Below, in pieces: positions 1-12,007 of a stretch of 62,050 bases of DNA. The first letter of the stretch is position 1. Every line of letters begins with the position of its first letter. The DNA comes from Macrostomum lignano. Lineage: Eukaryota. Where the stretch lies: assembly GCA_002269645.1 (NCBI GenBank), contig NIVC01003492.1, positions 1 through 62,050 on the forward strand. Direction: 5' to 3'. Under the pieces are notes generated by a model. The model saw only the letters and a list, made by a program, of their open reading frames with translations, was not told the DNA's origin and did not search any database. The position numbers were made by a program, and so were the translations under genes.

Positions 1-1077
1 AGGCGATGTCGCAGTTTCGGGTCCAGAAAGCTCATGTTCTTCAGTTCTGAGTAGGCGACGCAATTTTTCGGTCGCATTTCTACGCGTGCGCTGTTCGGAC
101 AGAGTTGTACAGTCTGACGCAGAGATAGGCGGTGCTGCAGGCTAGTAGTAACAGCACCCTCAGGTACGCTGAGGGTCAGCATGGTCCTTCCAACTTGCCT
201 GGGCGCTGTACCCGCTGGTTTATGAATTTCTCAAGTCTGAGATCAGTTGCTGAGAGCTAGCTGCCTTGGCTTTATTACAGTGACTCCCGATCCACGTCCC
301 CGTTGCCTCCAACTGCAACTGCTTGGTGGCAGCTGTTGAAAAAAGTATGTGGAGTACAACCTATGCGGACAGCGAAGCAATAGAAACTAAGACAGTGCTG
401 CCTCAGCCCTCTACAGAGGCAATCGATTTTCCTTTTCTACAGTGAAGCGTCAGAACTGCCGCAAACGGTCTATTCGAAATGATATCCATTGCCAAAAATG
501 CACGATTGCTGGAGACGTGCTTAATTTTATTTTATTGCGATTTCACTTGCTTCTACGCGTGTTTAACAGAATTTCTGTGGTGTATTCGAGTGCAGCACTC
601 ACTCAGACCATTTGCTGGCAGGGCACGGGCTACAGTCCAGTAAGTCTTGCGGATGCAGAGTCACTATAGTAGGGTGGACTGGCAGCAGATTAGGAACAAG
701 AACCGTTAGTATTAAGAGGACGCGACACGTCTGTCTCGCTAGTATCAATAGTTATGAAAATCGTAATGGGGACTCGATTGCGGTTTGAAATGCATCAGTT
801 AGGATAACGAATTTACAGTTTTTGCCAAGATTTGACATTTTCTCACATTTTGAGACTCTCCAAGACTTTCGAAAAGCCTATGAAGACCTACTGCACATAT
901 TTTTTTATTCCGAGGTGATTTCACCAGTTAAGTAACTTTGTCATGAAACTAAAGTTACCAGAGAGACCCAGAAATCGAACAAAACTGTAGTGCTTTCTAG
1001 CCAGCATACGCTCGTACACCCCATTTGATTTATTTGCCTGGCAAGTGTTTATACATGTAAATTCAATCTTAACAGTT

Positions 1078-2184
1078 TCAAAGTAGGTGCTTAAAGTCCT
1101 TGTGCAGCCAAATTATATCGCCATCCTCCCAACTTTTAGCAGCCGACAAGTTCAGCCGCTCCAGGGTCTGCGCTCTCCATGCGCTGTATTTGCGACTGAT
1201 AAAAAAATCTGTTACAAAAGCCCTGTCATCCGCAGGCATGTGCCTTTCCAAGATCTCTATTTGAACTGCAGCCACTCTGAACTGGCTGAACAGACAGCCC
1301 GACGTCCTCAGGAAGTCCGCCTCTCCGCCCTCGATGTCCAGCTTGATGACGACGTTCCTCGTGCCGATGAGGCCGCACAGCCGCTCGCTCCTTACCGGCA
1401 TCACGGGGATCGAGTCGACCACGGCTCTACCGAACTTGGTCGCTCCGCCGACGTTGCAGTCGTCAGGGAAGTTGAGGAAGCTCAGCTGGTCTCCGGATCC
1501 GATGAAGTTCCACACGAGCGCCGCATCGAGCGCCGCCGCGTTGAGGCTCAGCCGCAGCCGGAGCAGGTTGCGGATGTTCGCGTCCAGCGACACGACGGGC
1601 AGCCCGAGTCTCGCGGCCAGCAGGCTGTAGACACCGATGTTGCAACCCGCGTCGAGGAAGGTCGCGTTCGGCACCTTCAGAGCGAGTCTCATGGTTGTAT
1701 GCACAATTTCTGGCTCCCAATTCTTGCTTGTCATGATCTGCATAGAAATTGCGTCGTTCTCAGGATACACAAACATTTGGACAAACTCATTCCTCATATC
1801 AAGGAGTTTCGCGACCAGACTTCCTCTCCTGACAACGTCCAGCAACTGAATATTGAACGGGTGTTGCAGCCGACACAGCGGGTAGCTCCCTCCAGCTCTC
1901 ACAAATGCTTTTTCATCTTTGCAGAGGATGCTCCTGAACTTAGGGTGACGAAAGTCAAATTCGCGCAGCTCCAGGTGGCTGTGGCACCTTACATGCTGAG
2001 CTGCTCCGCTGCTGATCTCCACCAGAGCGTCGCAAAGCGTAGAGTCCAACCTGCAGCTGATGCTGTTGAATTTCGAGCTCTTCTGAGTCATTTTTGCTGG
2101 CTGCCTCTCTTCCAATAGCGCCCAGAAGGCGACGCAGCAGGCAGTAAGTAGGAGAGCCAGAATTTTCTGCCTTGAGAGAGCCAT
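1078..2184 (-). CDS. FkbM-family (Methyltransf_21-like) SAM-dependent methyltransferase with N-terminal membrane anchor, 368 aa, intronless
   Basis: ORF has a hydrophobic N-terminus (ILALLLTACCVAFWALL), SAM-binding motif TFLDAGCNIGVYSL and FkbM-type motif VIKLDIEGGE; paralog at 3503..4735. Confidence 0.85.
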   Translation of the reverse strand: MALSRQKILALLLTACCVAFWALLEERQPAKMTQKSSKFNSISCRLDSTLCDALVEISSGAAQHVRCHSHLELREFDFRHPKFRSILCKDEKAFVRAGGSYPLCRLQHPFNIQLLDVVRRGSLVAKLLDMRNEFVQMFVYPENDAISMQIMTSKNWEPEIVHTTMRLALKVPNATFLDAGCNIGVYSLLAARLGLPVVSLDANIRNLLRLRLSLNAAALDAALVWNFIGSGDQLSFLNFPDDCNVGGATKFGRAVVDSIPVMPVRSERLCGLIGTRNVVIKLDIEGGEADFLRTSGCLFSQFRVAAVQIEILERHMPADDRAFVTDFFISRKYSAWRAQTLERLNLSAAKSWEDGDIIWLHKDFKHLL

Positions 2185-4514
2185 GCCGGATGTCAGATCC
2201 AGACTTGGCTGACTTGACGCGGAGTTTAATGGCTGCGCCTCTGCTCTTTATCTTGCCATTCTGGCATTCCAAATCGATTAAAGTCAGGTAAAGCTTTGCA
2301 GCTGGTACAACACATTGTAGTATTGGTTTAGGTGCTTGCGTACAGAAATTGCTGACTTTATGACCAAAGAGTTTTAGATTGGACATCAAGACTTTGCGTC
2401 AAAATAGAAAATCATTTCTGGAACTACTGGCGGCGTTTGAGCATTCTATTCCCGGAACTTCATAATTCCGGCTTCAGCCCACTTTTTCTGAAGTCATTTA
2501 ATAGGAATTTTTCCGGCCTTAGCTTTCCCCATCTCCTCCCAATTCAATTCGGTGGGGGCAGAGGAACGATTGACAATACTGTGGCTCCACTGGGTTGCGT
2601 CACTCTTGATTAGCTAACGGTCTTATGCGTTTTTATTGACTGACTCTATAAGTTTAATGTACAAGTACTGTACTCATAGCCTGCCCGCCGCGAGCTTGTA
2701 GCTTATTGCACTTGAATGAGTTTATGTTTTGGCGCGGCAAGATGTCTCTCAGTTTGTGAGTTGCAATGTAAATGCACGAGGCTCGAGACGGTGTAGCAAG
2801 TCGTGAATCTCTGCGTACCCAATTTGCCTTTTATTTCTCACTTCGACACGTAATTCTCAATACGGCAGGAATACGAGGCGATCTCGCAGTGGTAGCTGGT
2901 CTTGTGTGGAATGAAAGGCTCAACCCTCCCGCTCCAATATGCTGCAGTCACTGCCGTTTGGCTTGCACCGTCTCAGTACGGACTGCTGCAACGATTAAAC
3001 ACAATTGCGCGTAACCAGCTGCCATGGCACCACATGCTTCACTAGTGCTTTGCCGTATGCTTCTCTTCTGACTCTGAACCTTTCTACAGTGTACCCCTGG
3101 AGACTCTGGGGCACTGCGCGGCATGCAATGAGCTTAGGAAAATGCGTTGATTGGCACGACTCTGCCGTTTTCCAATGCTGCATGCGCAGCTCGCTAATAT
3201 CATTTATGACTTAGCGCCGGACTCAGGAGCAAGAGAAGTTCCTATTAGTAAAAGGTTTTTCGTAAGCTCTCCTTGAGACACGTATGCAGCCTTCTAACCG
3301 AATCTTTTTTCGATCAGCAGCCAATAGGGTTCGATGAGCTTGAATCAGAGCAACAGTCCTGGCTGGCGAGTGAGCAGAGTTGGAATAATAAAAATGCATC
3401 GCACTGAAATGCTTCTGTCTGAAGCTCACGAAGCCAGTCGTGTTGTGACCAGAGTTCAAAGTGACTGCAGGATTTGGGACAACTGAAGTTCACTTCCCAC
3501 TGATGGCTCGGCCAAAGCAAAATATTATGCTGCTCGCCTTGTGCGCCACGGCCCTCTTCATGGCGTACATTTTGTACTCCAGGGTACGATGGCGCGACCA
3601 TATCAAACCGCGGTCTTTGAAAAAGCATTTCATTTCCGATGCCCATGAACCAAATCCAATCCAAATCGTAGAAACTCCAAAGGAAAGTGGAAGACAGATT
3701 TCGAGTAGGAAAAACGAAACAGCGATCGCGAAGACTGTTGCTACGCGACCGCTGCAAACAGAGTTGCAAACAAGAGCACCGGCAACAATGAAAACAAACT
3801 GCAAAATCTACAATGAGCTGCGCAATGTGGACTTCCAGCAGCCGGCGCTCCGCCACGTCCTGTGCAGCGGCGCCAAGGCGTACGAGAAAGTGGCGGGCGG
3901 GTTCCCCATGTGCCGGCTGCAGAACCCGTTCGATGACAGAATCCTCGAGGTTGTGCGGTCCGGCAGCTCGACCGCCGATCTGCTGGACATGAATAACACC
4001 AAGGTGAAGATGTTTGTCTACTCTGAGATAGACAGAATTTCTGAGGCCATCAAGACCAGTCACGAATGGGAGCGTGAGCTGGTCCATACAACCATGAGAC
4101 TGGCTCTGAAGGTGCCGAACGCGACCTTCCTCGACGCGGGTTGCAACATCGGTGTCTACAGCCTGCTGGCCGCGAGACTCGGGCTGCCCGTCGTTTCGCT
4201 GGACGCGAACATCCGCAACCTGCTCCGGCTGCGGCTGAGCCTCAACGCGGCGGCGCTCGATGCGGCGCTCGTGTGGAACTTCATCGGATCCGGAGACCAG
4301 CTGAGCTTCCTCAACTTCCCTGACGACTGCAACGTCGGCGGAGCGACCAAGTTCGGCAGAGCCGTGGTCGACTCGATCCCCGTGATGCCGGTAAGGAGCG
4401 AGCGGCTGTGCGGCCTCATCGGCACGAGGAACGTCGTCATCAAGCTGGACATCGAGGGCGGAGAGACGGACTTCCTGAGGACGTCGGGCTGTCTGTTCAG
4501 CCAGTTCAGAGTGG
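1272..4514. repeat. 430-bp inverted repeat (1272..1701 and 4085..4514) forming the catalytic core of both methyltransferases
   Basis: Base-by-base comparison of the reverse complement found 4 mismatches in 430 bp; identity collapses immediately outside the block. Confidence 0.9.
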
Positions 4515-4735
4515 TTTTTGTGCAGATGGAGTTTCTGAGGCAGCACATGGTCGGAACTGACAGCGCAACGATAGTGGACTTCTTCGCCAGCAGAAACTAC
4601 TCCGCCTGGCGGACTCCGGGCCTGTCAGCGCTGGATGTCAAAAATGCAGAACTGTGGGAGGACTGCGATATATTGTGGATTCATAAGGACTTTGACCACC
4701 TTATTTACAGCGAAAGATTTACACTTGCCATTTAA
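3503..4735 (+). CDS. FkbM-family SAM-dependent methyltransferase paralog, type II membrane topology, 410 aa, intronless
   Basis: First ATG is at 3503 (the ORF-track start at 3461 is GTG). Anchor IMLLALCATALFMAYILY; same DAGCNIG and KLDIEGGE motifs as the left paralog. Confidence 0.85.
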   Translation: MARPKQNIMLLALCATALFMAYILYSRVRWRDHIKPRSLKKHFISDAHEPNPIQIVETPKESGRQISSRKNETAIAKTVATRPLQTELQTRAPATMKTNCKIYNELRNVDFQQPALRHVLCSGAKAYEKVAGGFPMCRLQNPFDDRILEVVRSGSSTADLLDMNNTKVKMFVYSEIDRISEAIKTSHEWERELVHTTMRLALKVPNATFLDAGCNIGVYSLLAARLGLPVVSLDANIRNLLRLRLSLNAAALDAALVWNFIGSGDQLSFLNFPDDCNVGGATKFGRAVVDSIPVMPVRSERLCGLIGTRNVVIKLDIEGGETDFLRTSGCLFSQFRVVFVQMEFLRQHMVGTDSATIVDFFASRNYSAWRTPGLSALDVKNAELWEDCDILWIHKDFDHLIYSERFTLAI

Positions 4736-6902
4736 TCAGAAGATTATTGGGAAGCGTCAAAACTCACTTATTTATCCTACACAGAATAAATGAGACGCTT
4801 CCTCGTGCAACAACTGCAGTTGCGAGTTCGAGACCAAGTCGGGTCTTATGACAGGGCCCGCTAATCCCAGTAATCGCGAGTGTAATATTCTCGATAACAC
4901 CGCTACGAGTACTTCTAGAAATCCTTGATGAAGTCTGGATACATGTTAAGTGCTCTTTGCCCTTTGTTTTGAGTTACTTTATATATTTAACCTTCTGCCG
5001 TCAGGCAGTCCGCCTCAAAAAAACAAATATTGTTAGTAGTACTACTGATAGTAACAAAGGCCTAACACACACTAAAAAATTATTCTCTTTTCTGGCGTGG
5101 TACATTAGATAAGCCTTCACTTTGAGCAGCGCTGAGCTGTTCCAACTCAAACGCGACAATTGCTCAACTTCTGGGCAGGTCTTTTCCGATGTTGCAGGGC
5201 TCCCGCGAGTTCATCTGTTTTAACTTTGAACAAAATCACTAAGACAGATTTCGCTAAGATTTGCCATTCTGCATTTTGCTCTTCGGGCTTTGGTTTATCA
5301 TCGAGAAAAGTCCGTATTAAAATACACAAGTGAGCTTCCAGTTTTTAGTGAGCTTCCTCATTCGAAGTCGCATCTAATGAGCTCTTTCCATGTCTGAGGC
5401 TAGCAAGCAGCTTCTCCGCACTGAGAGAACAGACTCACACAAAAAATTCCCGCTGCTACTCCACTCATAGAGGCGATTTCTTGCATTCTGCATTGGCGCA
5501 AGGCAGTGGGAAGCCAGGACGGAGGGATGGAGCTGCTGCGGGTTGGGATAAGCCGGCAGTCACATGAGCCCCAACTATTTGTCATGGCAACCGCTCCCAT
5601 CAGCCGAAGCGCGGTGGCAACTCCCCCCATCTTCTGCGCATCCATGCAGCAGAAATCAACTATCGGCCGCCGCCACTGGCCGCCCGCATTCATTTTCCAC
5701 CCCTGCATGCTCGCGCAGCGAAGCGCTGCCCCCATCGTCTCGCATGAGCCGCCTGCCTGCCTCTGTCCCTTCATCTCACCTGATGCCAACTCACCTGAGC
5801 TGGGGCTGCTGCTGTTTGCCCGCCTGGTAACTAGAAGCTGGGGCAAATTGCAAACAGGGGGGGGGGGTACAGAAGCCTTCTCTCTCCGATGCCAGCAGCC
5901 GACTGGTTTATTGCAGCAGCAGTGCCGCATCGATCTGGCGGCTGGCGGAGGAGGGCGGTGGTGTCGCCATGAATTTTTCATGCCGTGCCGCGGGACTGCT
6001 GGGACGGGAACTCTGCTAGCGAGGCCTGTCGCCCCTCTCCTCCCCTTCGTCTTCTTCGATTGTTCCCTCACTGCAGCTCCGCATGTCTGCAGCTGTTCTG
6101 TCTTTCAAAGACAAAAAGTCGCTTTGCCTTCTTAGTGCCACCTCTTCTTGAGCCTCTCTTCTCTTCTTGAGGCTTCTGGCGTCACTCTGCTGTTAATAAA
6201 GGAGAACCTGGCCACTGCGCAAGCAGAATTGCGGAGAGGATGCTGTTGACAGTATATTCTGTATTTGCTTTTTTGAAAGAGTAGAATTTTGTTACTTAGT
6301 TTTGACACGAATCGATTTTCGCGGAACAAAAACAGTTGATAATTTGTGAACTGACAGAAAAATGACAGGCATTTTTGAAGAGGCAAAATTAAACAGTTGC
6401 TTTGTTTTTTTGTATGCAAAGTGGTTAAAAAGAGGGCAGCGCTTGTACTAGCGAAAGTAACCAAAGTTGGACTACAGCCAAGGCCACTCTTCCTAATTCC
6501 GATTTCATTCCTTCATATCCAGTTGGTTTTGCGCGACATTATTCATTGATTCTGTAACGCTTAAATAAAAAGTGTCGGTTCTCATTTGATCGATGCCAAA
6601 TTTCTTCCAAAAGCATCAGGCAGCCTTGAGTTGCCAGTCCAGCTATCTGGTATGAAATTACTGCTAGCTCAGAAAAATACCACTGTATAAAAAAGTGACT
6701 ACTTTTTATAAGAAAAAATTAAAGGTACATAATTTTCGTTTATGAGTTTTTTGATTTGAAAAATTTTAAACTGTTAAATAAAGCCGTGAAAAAATTAACT
6801 CGAGAGCCTAAATATTCTCTGTTCTGGAGTCGATGCTTTTCAGTTCCTCAGGCAAAGTTGGTTCTCCACTTTATGTGCTCCGGTTTATCCTGGCCGACTC
6901 TC

Positions 6903-9900
6903 TCAGAGCCAGTTGGCATCGGCCCAGCCGGCGATCAGCGTCCAGGTCTTGTTCTGGCCGTCCTTGCTGATGTGGAGGCCCGTGACGTCGACGCTAACGG
7001 TGAAGGTGTCATTGTACTTCATGCCATATGTGGGGCACAGCAGAGTGGCGTTGTTGGTGCCGAAGTCCTGCCACGGAATCTCAATGGCGCGGCGGCCCAG
7101 AGCCAGGTTGGTCGTGTAGTCCTCCTCCGAGATGGCGAACCAGCTCCAACCGCCGTCAATGGACTTCATGCGGCTCCGTTCATCGTAGGCGGTGCCGTAG
7201 ATGCTCGAGTCGGTCGGCAGGACGAAGCCAATCTGGCTGATCACGCTGTCCAATGCTTCCCAGCTGGCGCCAAAGTCCACAGAGCGAGAGCAGTGGGCCC
7301 GACCCCCGGGCCTATAGAGCATGCAAGCGTAAATGGCGCCCTCTTTGGGACTGATGACGTAGCTGCGACTGTGGCTGAAGCCAGTGGCCTTGGTCGTCAC
7401 TTCGTAGCATGCTTCAGCAGGTGTCACGTCGGTTGTCTGCTGACAACCATAAAATTCCACGCGCAGCGAGCGGCTGTAGGTCTTTGGCGAGCCAGTCAAA
7501 GGCAGTATCCTGATGTACCGACCTACAATGGCCTTGTTTAGCTTCACGTAAGCCGAGCCGCCAGAGTAAGTAGCCGTGTAAACCTGAAAGTTATCGAAAT
7601 TTGAAAGCAGCTTGTATTGATGCGCTGTTTTCTGGCAACAATGGCTGCCTGCACAGCTTCTAATATAGTTAAAAATATTGCGCAACTTACCTCCTTGGTG
7701 TTGGTGTTGTTGCTGTTGACATCAAACCATAGAAGACCCTCCTCGCTGTATTGAAACCAGAAGGTATCCACCTTGTTGTTGGTATCATCCTTATGCGACT
7801 GAAGCCTGACCGCGCTGACTCGGGTTCGATTTCCTAAGTTGATCTCCAGGAACTCGTTGCCGTAGAATGGTGGCCCGCGGTGAAGCGTAGTCCAAGCAGC
7901 GGTGGAGTTGTAGCGGCTGTGGAGTGGGCTGTCCGTGCCCAGATAGCCGCTGGAGGTGATCTGACAGTCTGCTATAGCACCCGACTCCATTCCCAATGGG
8001 TTTGCGCAGTCGGGTACGAAGACATTCAGTCCAGCGCGGAAGGTTGGCGAGTAAGCATTTACGGCGGTTGTAGTAACGACGGAACCTGGCTTGTTTCGGT
8101 GCGTGTAAAAAGCATCGGCAAGTAGCGTAATGAAGGTGATGCCGCTTCCGTACTTCAAGGCGCCCAGAGGATCGACTGTAGCATTGATCACGATGTACAG
8201 ATCATCGGTGTACGTGATGCGAGGGAAAGTGATTAGAATTCCCTCGCTAGCGTTTGTGTTGTTCTGGACGGTGACAGTGAATGGGACGGAGCTCACAAAA
8301 GCCGAGTATCCAATGACGTAGGGTATGTACCAGAAAAGGTTGACACCGTAAGCATTTCCGCGTGACGTCTCCGTGTGGTTGAGACGAATAGCCAGCTGTA
8401 CGTCCGCGCCCGGTATCTTACTATAAACCGACAGGTTCTGTACCTCCGTCTGGAAGATCTGTAAGCTTGGCTTATCCGTGGCCGTAATATTCACCATCAC
8501 AGGAGCGTTCGTAGAGACCGTCTCTCCACTGAAAGTCAAGTTACAGTAGATGTACTGGACACTATTGGCGATGTTGTCCTCGTGATCCATTAGGCGAGCC
8601 TTTACTTTGAACTGCAGCACGTCAGAATCCTTATGATACTTGCTCCACTGGTGACGTCTGAAGACTCCAGTGTTACCAACATAAGCGTTTGCCATGATCA
8701 CGTCTACCTGGGTATTGCCCAAAGTCGAAACGTTGGAATATACAAAATTAAGTTTGTCCTGGCAGCAAATGTTGGTACCCTTGTAGGTAACATTTAGTTC
8801 ACGGAAGGTGAACTTTGCCTCCGAACTAGCAGGAGTTGCGTTGGAATAAATAGTGAGCGTGAAGTTGGTCAGCGACTCGGCGATTGTGACATTAAATGTG
8901 AAAGTTCTCTCTTCGAAAATATTCATTTGCACCGTATCTGTCACGGCCGGGGTGATGTAGGGATTCAGTCCAGTTATAGTGGGCAGAGTGTCCGTTACGG
9001 TTAGCGACTTGCTGCCGACCCAAACAAGACTGTTGCTGATGTTCACCGAGGCTCCAACCCAAAGCGTTTCTCCTACGCTTGTCATTGTTCCGTTCACGTA
9101 AATGTCGGCCTCAATAATTATTTTGTTATCTTCCTGAACCACCGCACCAGAAGTGGCAATGTTTTGGATGAAGCCCAGGTTAATTTGACTTCTGTCAGTA
9201 GCCCCAGAATCGTAAGTGTCGTTGAAAACCCTAGTCAGCTGGGTGTCATTCACACAGGGCAAGTTCCAGCCAACACGAACGACCCTGGTAGAACAAATAT
9301 GAAGCTTGCCTCGATCGCTTGTGTTAAATGGAACGAGGAAGTCGACCGAGTATTCGCCCAGGGTATCCACGGGCAGGTATCCTTCCAGTACGACAGTATG
9401 GGTACCATTTCGGACTAAATTCTGCGATCCATTTCTAAGTCCAAGGCTAAATTGAGGCGTGAACTGAATGCTGGGCAGAGTGCTGTTGATTGTTATATTC
9501 ACACCATCCACCCAGAGCTTTTTCGAGCCGATATAAATGACCCCACCAGCTGACACAACCGATCCTGAAGTACCCGACTTAACTTGTAGAACTACATCGA
9601 ACAGACCGGAGTTGTCGCTACCGCTGTACTTGGTGCATGGTTGACCCACATTTGCAAAGTTCAAAAGATCTAACTGGTACTCCTTAACGATAGTGCTGCT
9701 GCCATTAGCGAGGGTCACATTTGGTTCAATCATTTGGCCAAGGCAAGGTACGTTCACACCCCTTTTAGCCAGGCCCACGCGGCAAATGTGGAGGTTCTCA
9801 TTCAGCGACACAACATCAATGACGTAGCGACCATAGCTTTGGATAACGCTGGTCATGTTGTACTGCATTGTGTATGTCCCTCCAACCCACACGGTAGTAT

Positions 9901-12007
9901 TGGGTGTCTGCTGGACTGTGCTAAATGAGGATTCGTTTACGCTCGAGATGTTGTTGAACGTAGTAGTCGGATCATAGTCGACTCCAACACGGGACACAAA
10001 TAGCTTGTTTTCTTCGTACTTCACACTCGCGCCAATCCAGTACAGGCTGTCGTTGAAGAGATTGCTTGTGTTCGTGATGTAATGAGGTGTTATGCTTGTC
10101 AAAATTTGGAATCGAATAGTATTCTTCTCTCGGCTCCATGGAAAGTCGAGCATGCCCACGTTGGAAACGTATTTTGATGGGAATCGAATGAGCACTCGAT
10201 CAACAAATCCATCATCAGCAGTAGAAACATTTGTGACCGTCAAGGAGCTCGTGTTGATGTTGATAAAATTATCTCCCAGTAGCAGGACCTGCACATCGCA
10301 AATGGACAAAACAGCGCGATTGTTATCCATGACAGTAATAAGCTCGATGTCCATGGGGCCATAGTGGGTACCGATGGGCTGGTAGATGTCAAGCCAGAAA
10401 GCATGGGTTGTTCCATTATAGATGGTACTGACTGTCATGGCGTTCTTAAGAGTAATCTGCAGCTGCTTATTGATTGGGTAAGTCGGTTGCGTCGTGACGA
10501 CAGTGAAGTTCTGAGACGAAACCCAGATGGCATTGCCATAGCGAACTCCAGCAACTACTTTCAGGCTGCCACCGGAAGTGATGAGCGAGTGGTTCAGAAC
10601 AAGCCCAGAAATCTCGATTACAATGTCGTCGTCATAAAGGCCGCTGCGGATTCCGGTGTCAGTGATTGGACCCAAGTCGAAAATTATGTAGTCTTTGTTG
10701 GTGTCATTAGCCGAGCTAATTAGCGTCACGTTGTTGGTGTTGTAGTAGAAGCAAGGCATGTTTCTACCCACATGGAGGATACGAATGCGTTGAAACGTCA
10801 TGAGGGCCTGCGAGTCGTTAAAAGGTAGGGCAACTTCTACCTTGTAGTTGGTGGTGCTGTTCCGTGGGAGCGTCATGTTCAAAAATACAGTTGCCGTGGA
10901 CCCAATCATTACGTAGTCCATGTTCTGCGTAAGCTGCATTACGGGGTTTGCGGATGGCGTTGTCCAGTTGGCTGCTTCGGCAGAAACATTAACGCTGGCC
11001 GTCCAAATCTGGGCATAGTTGTGCTGCAAAGCGATGCCGAACTTGTAGGGCGTACCGACGGAGCTTCCGTTTAGCATCTTAGCCGCGATCTTGAACGTAA
11101 CTGTGTTGTCCGCATCGGTTGTTGAGCCGGTTCTCATCGCTCCGTTGATCAGTTCTCCAGCGTCAAACGTGGCGATGGCGTTGCGGTACTCGCCTGAGGC
11201 AGCGTCGTATAGAACCCTTGACGGGAAGGTCAGGTTGCCGCTGGTCGGACCACAGCTGAATGATCTACCACTGTCCTCGCCGATAGTTGCAAAGCAGACG
11301 GACATGATGTCGGTTGTGTTCAGTGGGGCAAAGATATCCATGATGATCTGGTTCAGCATGACTCCCGTAGTAAATTTGGCGGTAAACACTCCCGTCTCGC
11401 CAATCATGAGACTTGATGGTCCCGTTAGGGTCAGGTTGGAGACAGTGGCGCTAGTGTTAGCGGTCACATTCTGCCAGGGGTAAGCTGCCTGTCCCACCCA
11501 GACCTTAGTTTGATTGGCGTAGCGAGCACCAAAGCTCACATAGTAGCTCGTGTTTAGGGCCATGCGGGGTGAATTCAGGACAATTGCGCTGAACTCAAAA
11601 ACAATCTTACTGTTAGCTCCGGAGGCCCCAGTATTGGTGATGTTGACAACGTTCAGAATGGCTCTCTCGCTGCGATAGTCGTTGCCCTTGGACTCCATGA
11701 TCCACTGGCTGTTCAGGACGGTGGCGTTGATGCTGCCACTCAGACCGGAGCCGATGCTGATGATCGTAGGGGAGCAGATAGAGAAAAGGGCGGACGTGTT
11801 GTCGCTAGCCGTGTAGATTTCGATGCGCAGCTCGCTGCTCGACGTGGCGTCCATCGTGCCGTTAACTCGGAAGCGAAGAACGTTGCCGAAAGTCACAGTG
11901 GTCGGGTGGTAGTCGAGTTTCTCAAACACCCAGGTAAAGTTGCCGAAGGTCTGACCAACCGCTGGGCCGGCCAAAATGGCCAGAGACAGTAACAGAACTG
12001 ATAGCAT
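6903..12007 (-). CDS. Large secreted glycoprotein, about 1665 aa: signal peptide, 7-8 beta-rich repeats of about 165 aa, F5/8 type C (discoidin) domain and C-terminal Asp-box motifs. Exons 12007..7691 and 7583..6903
   Basis: Signal peptide MLSVLLLSLAILAGPAVG. Discoidin motifs CANPLGMESGAIADCQITSS and RYIRILP..LRVEFYGC are joined by a 107-nt phase-0 intron (GAG/GTAAGT .. TTTCAG/GTT). SVDFGASW and SIDGGWSW Asp-boxes follow. Confidence 0.8.

Noticed and set aside
1087-4546. Long antisense ORFs 1087..2118 (+) and 3314..4546 (-)
   Set aside because: Shadow frames of the GC3-rich methyltransferase genes; no independent motifs.
5400-6170. Overlapping ORFs of about 200 aa on both strands
   Set aside because: No recognisable motifs or consistent exon structure; they contain a G11 run; starts are non-ATG or arbitrary.
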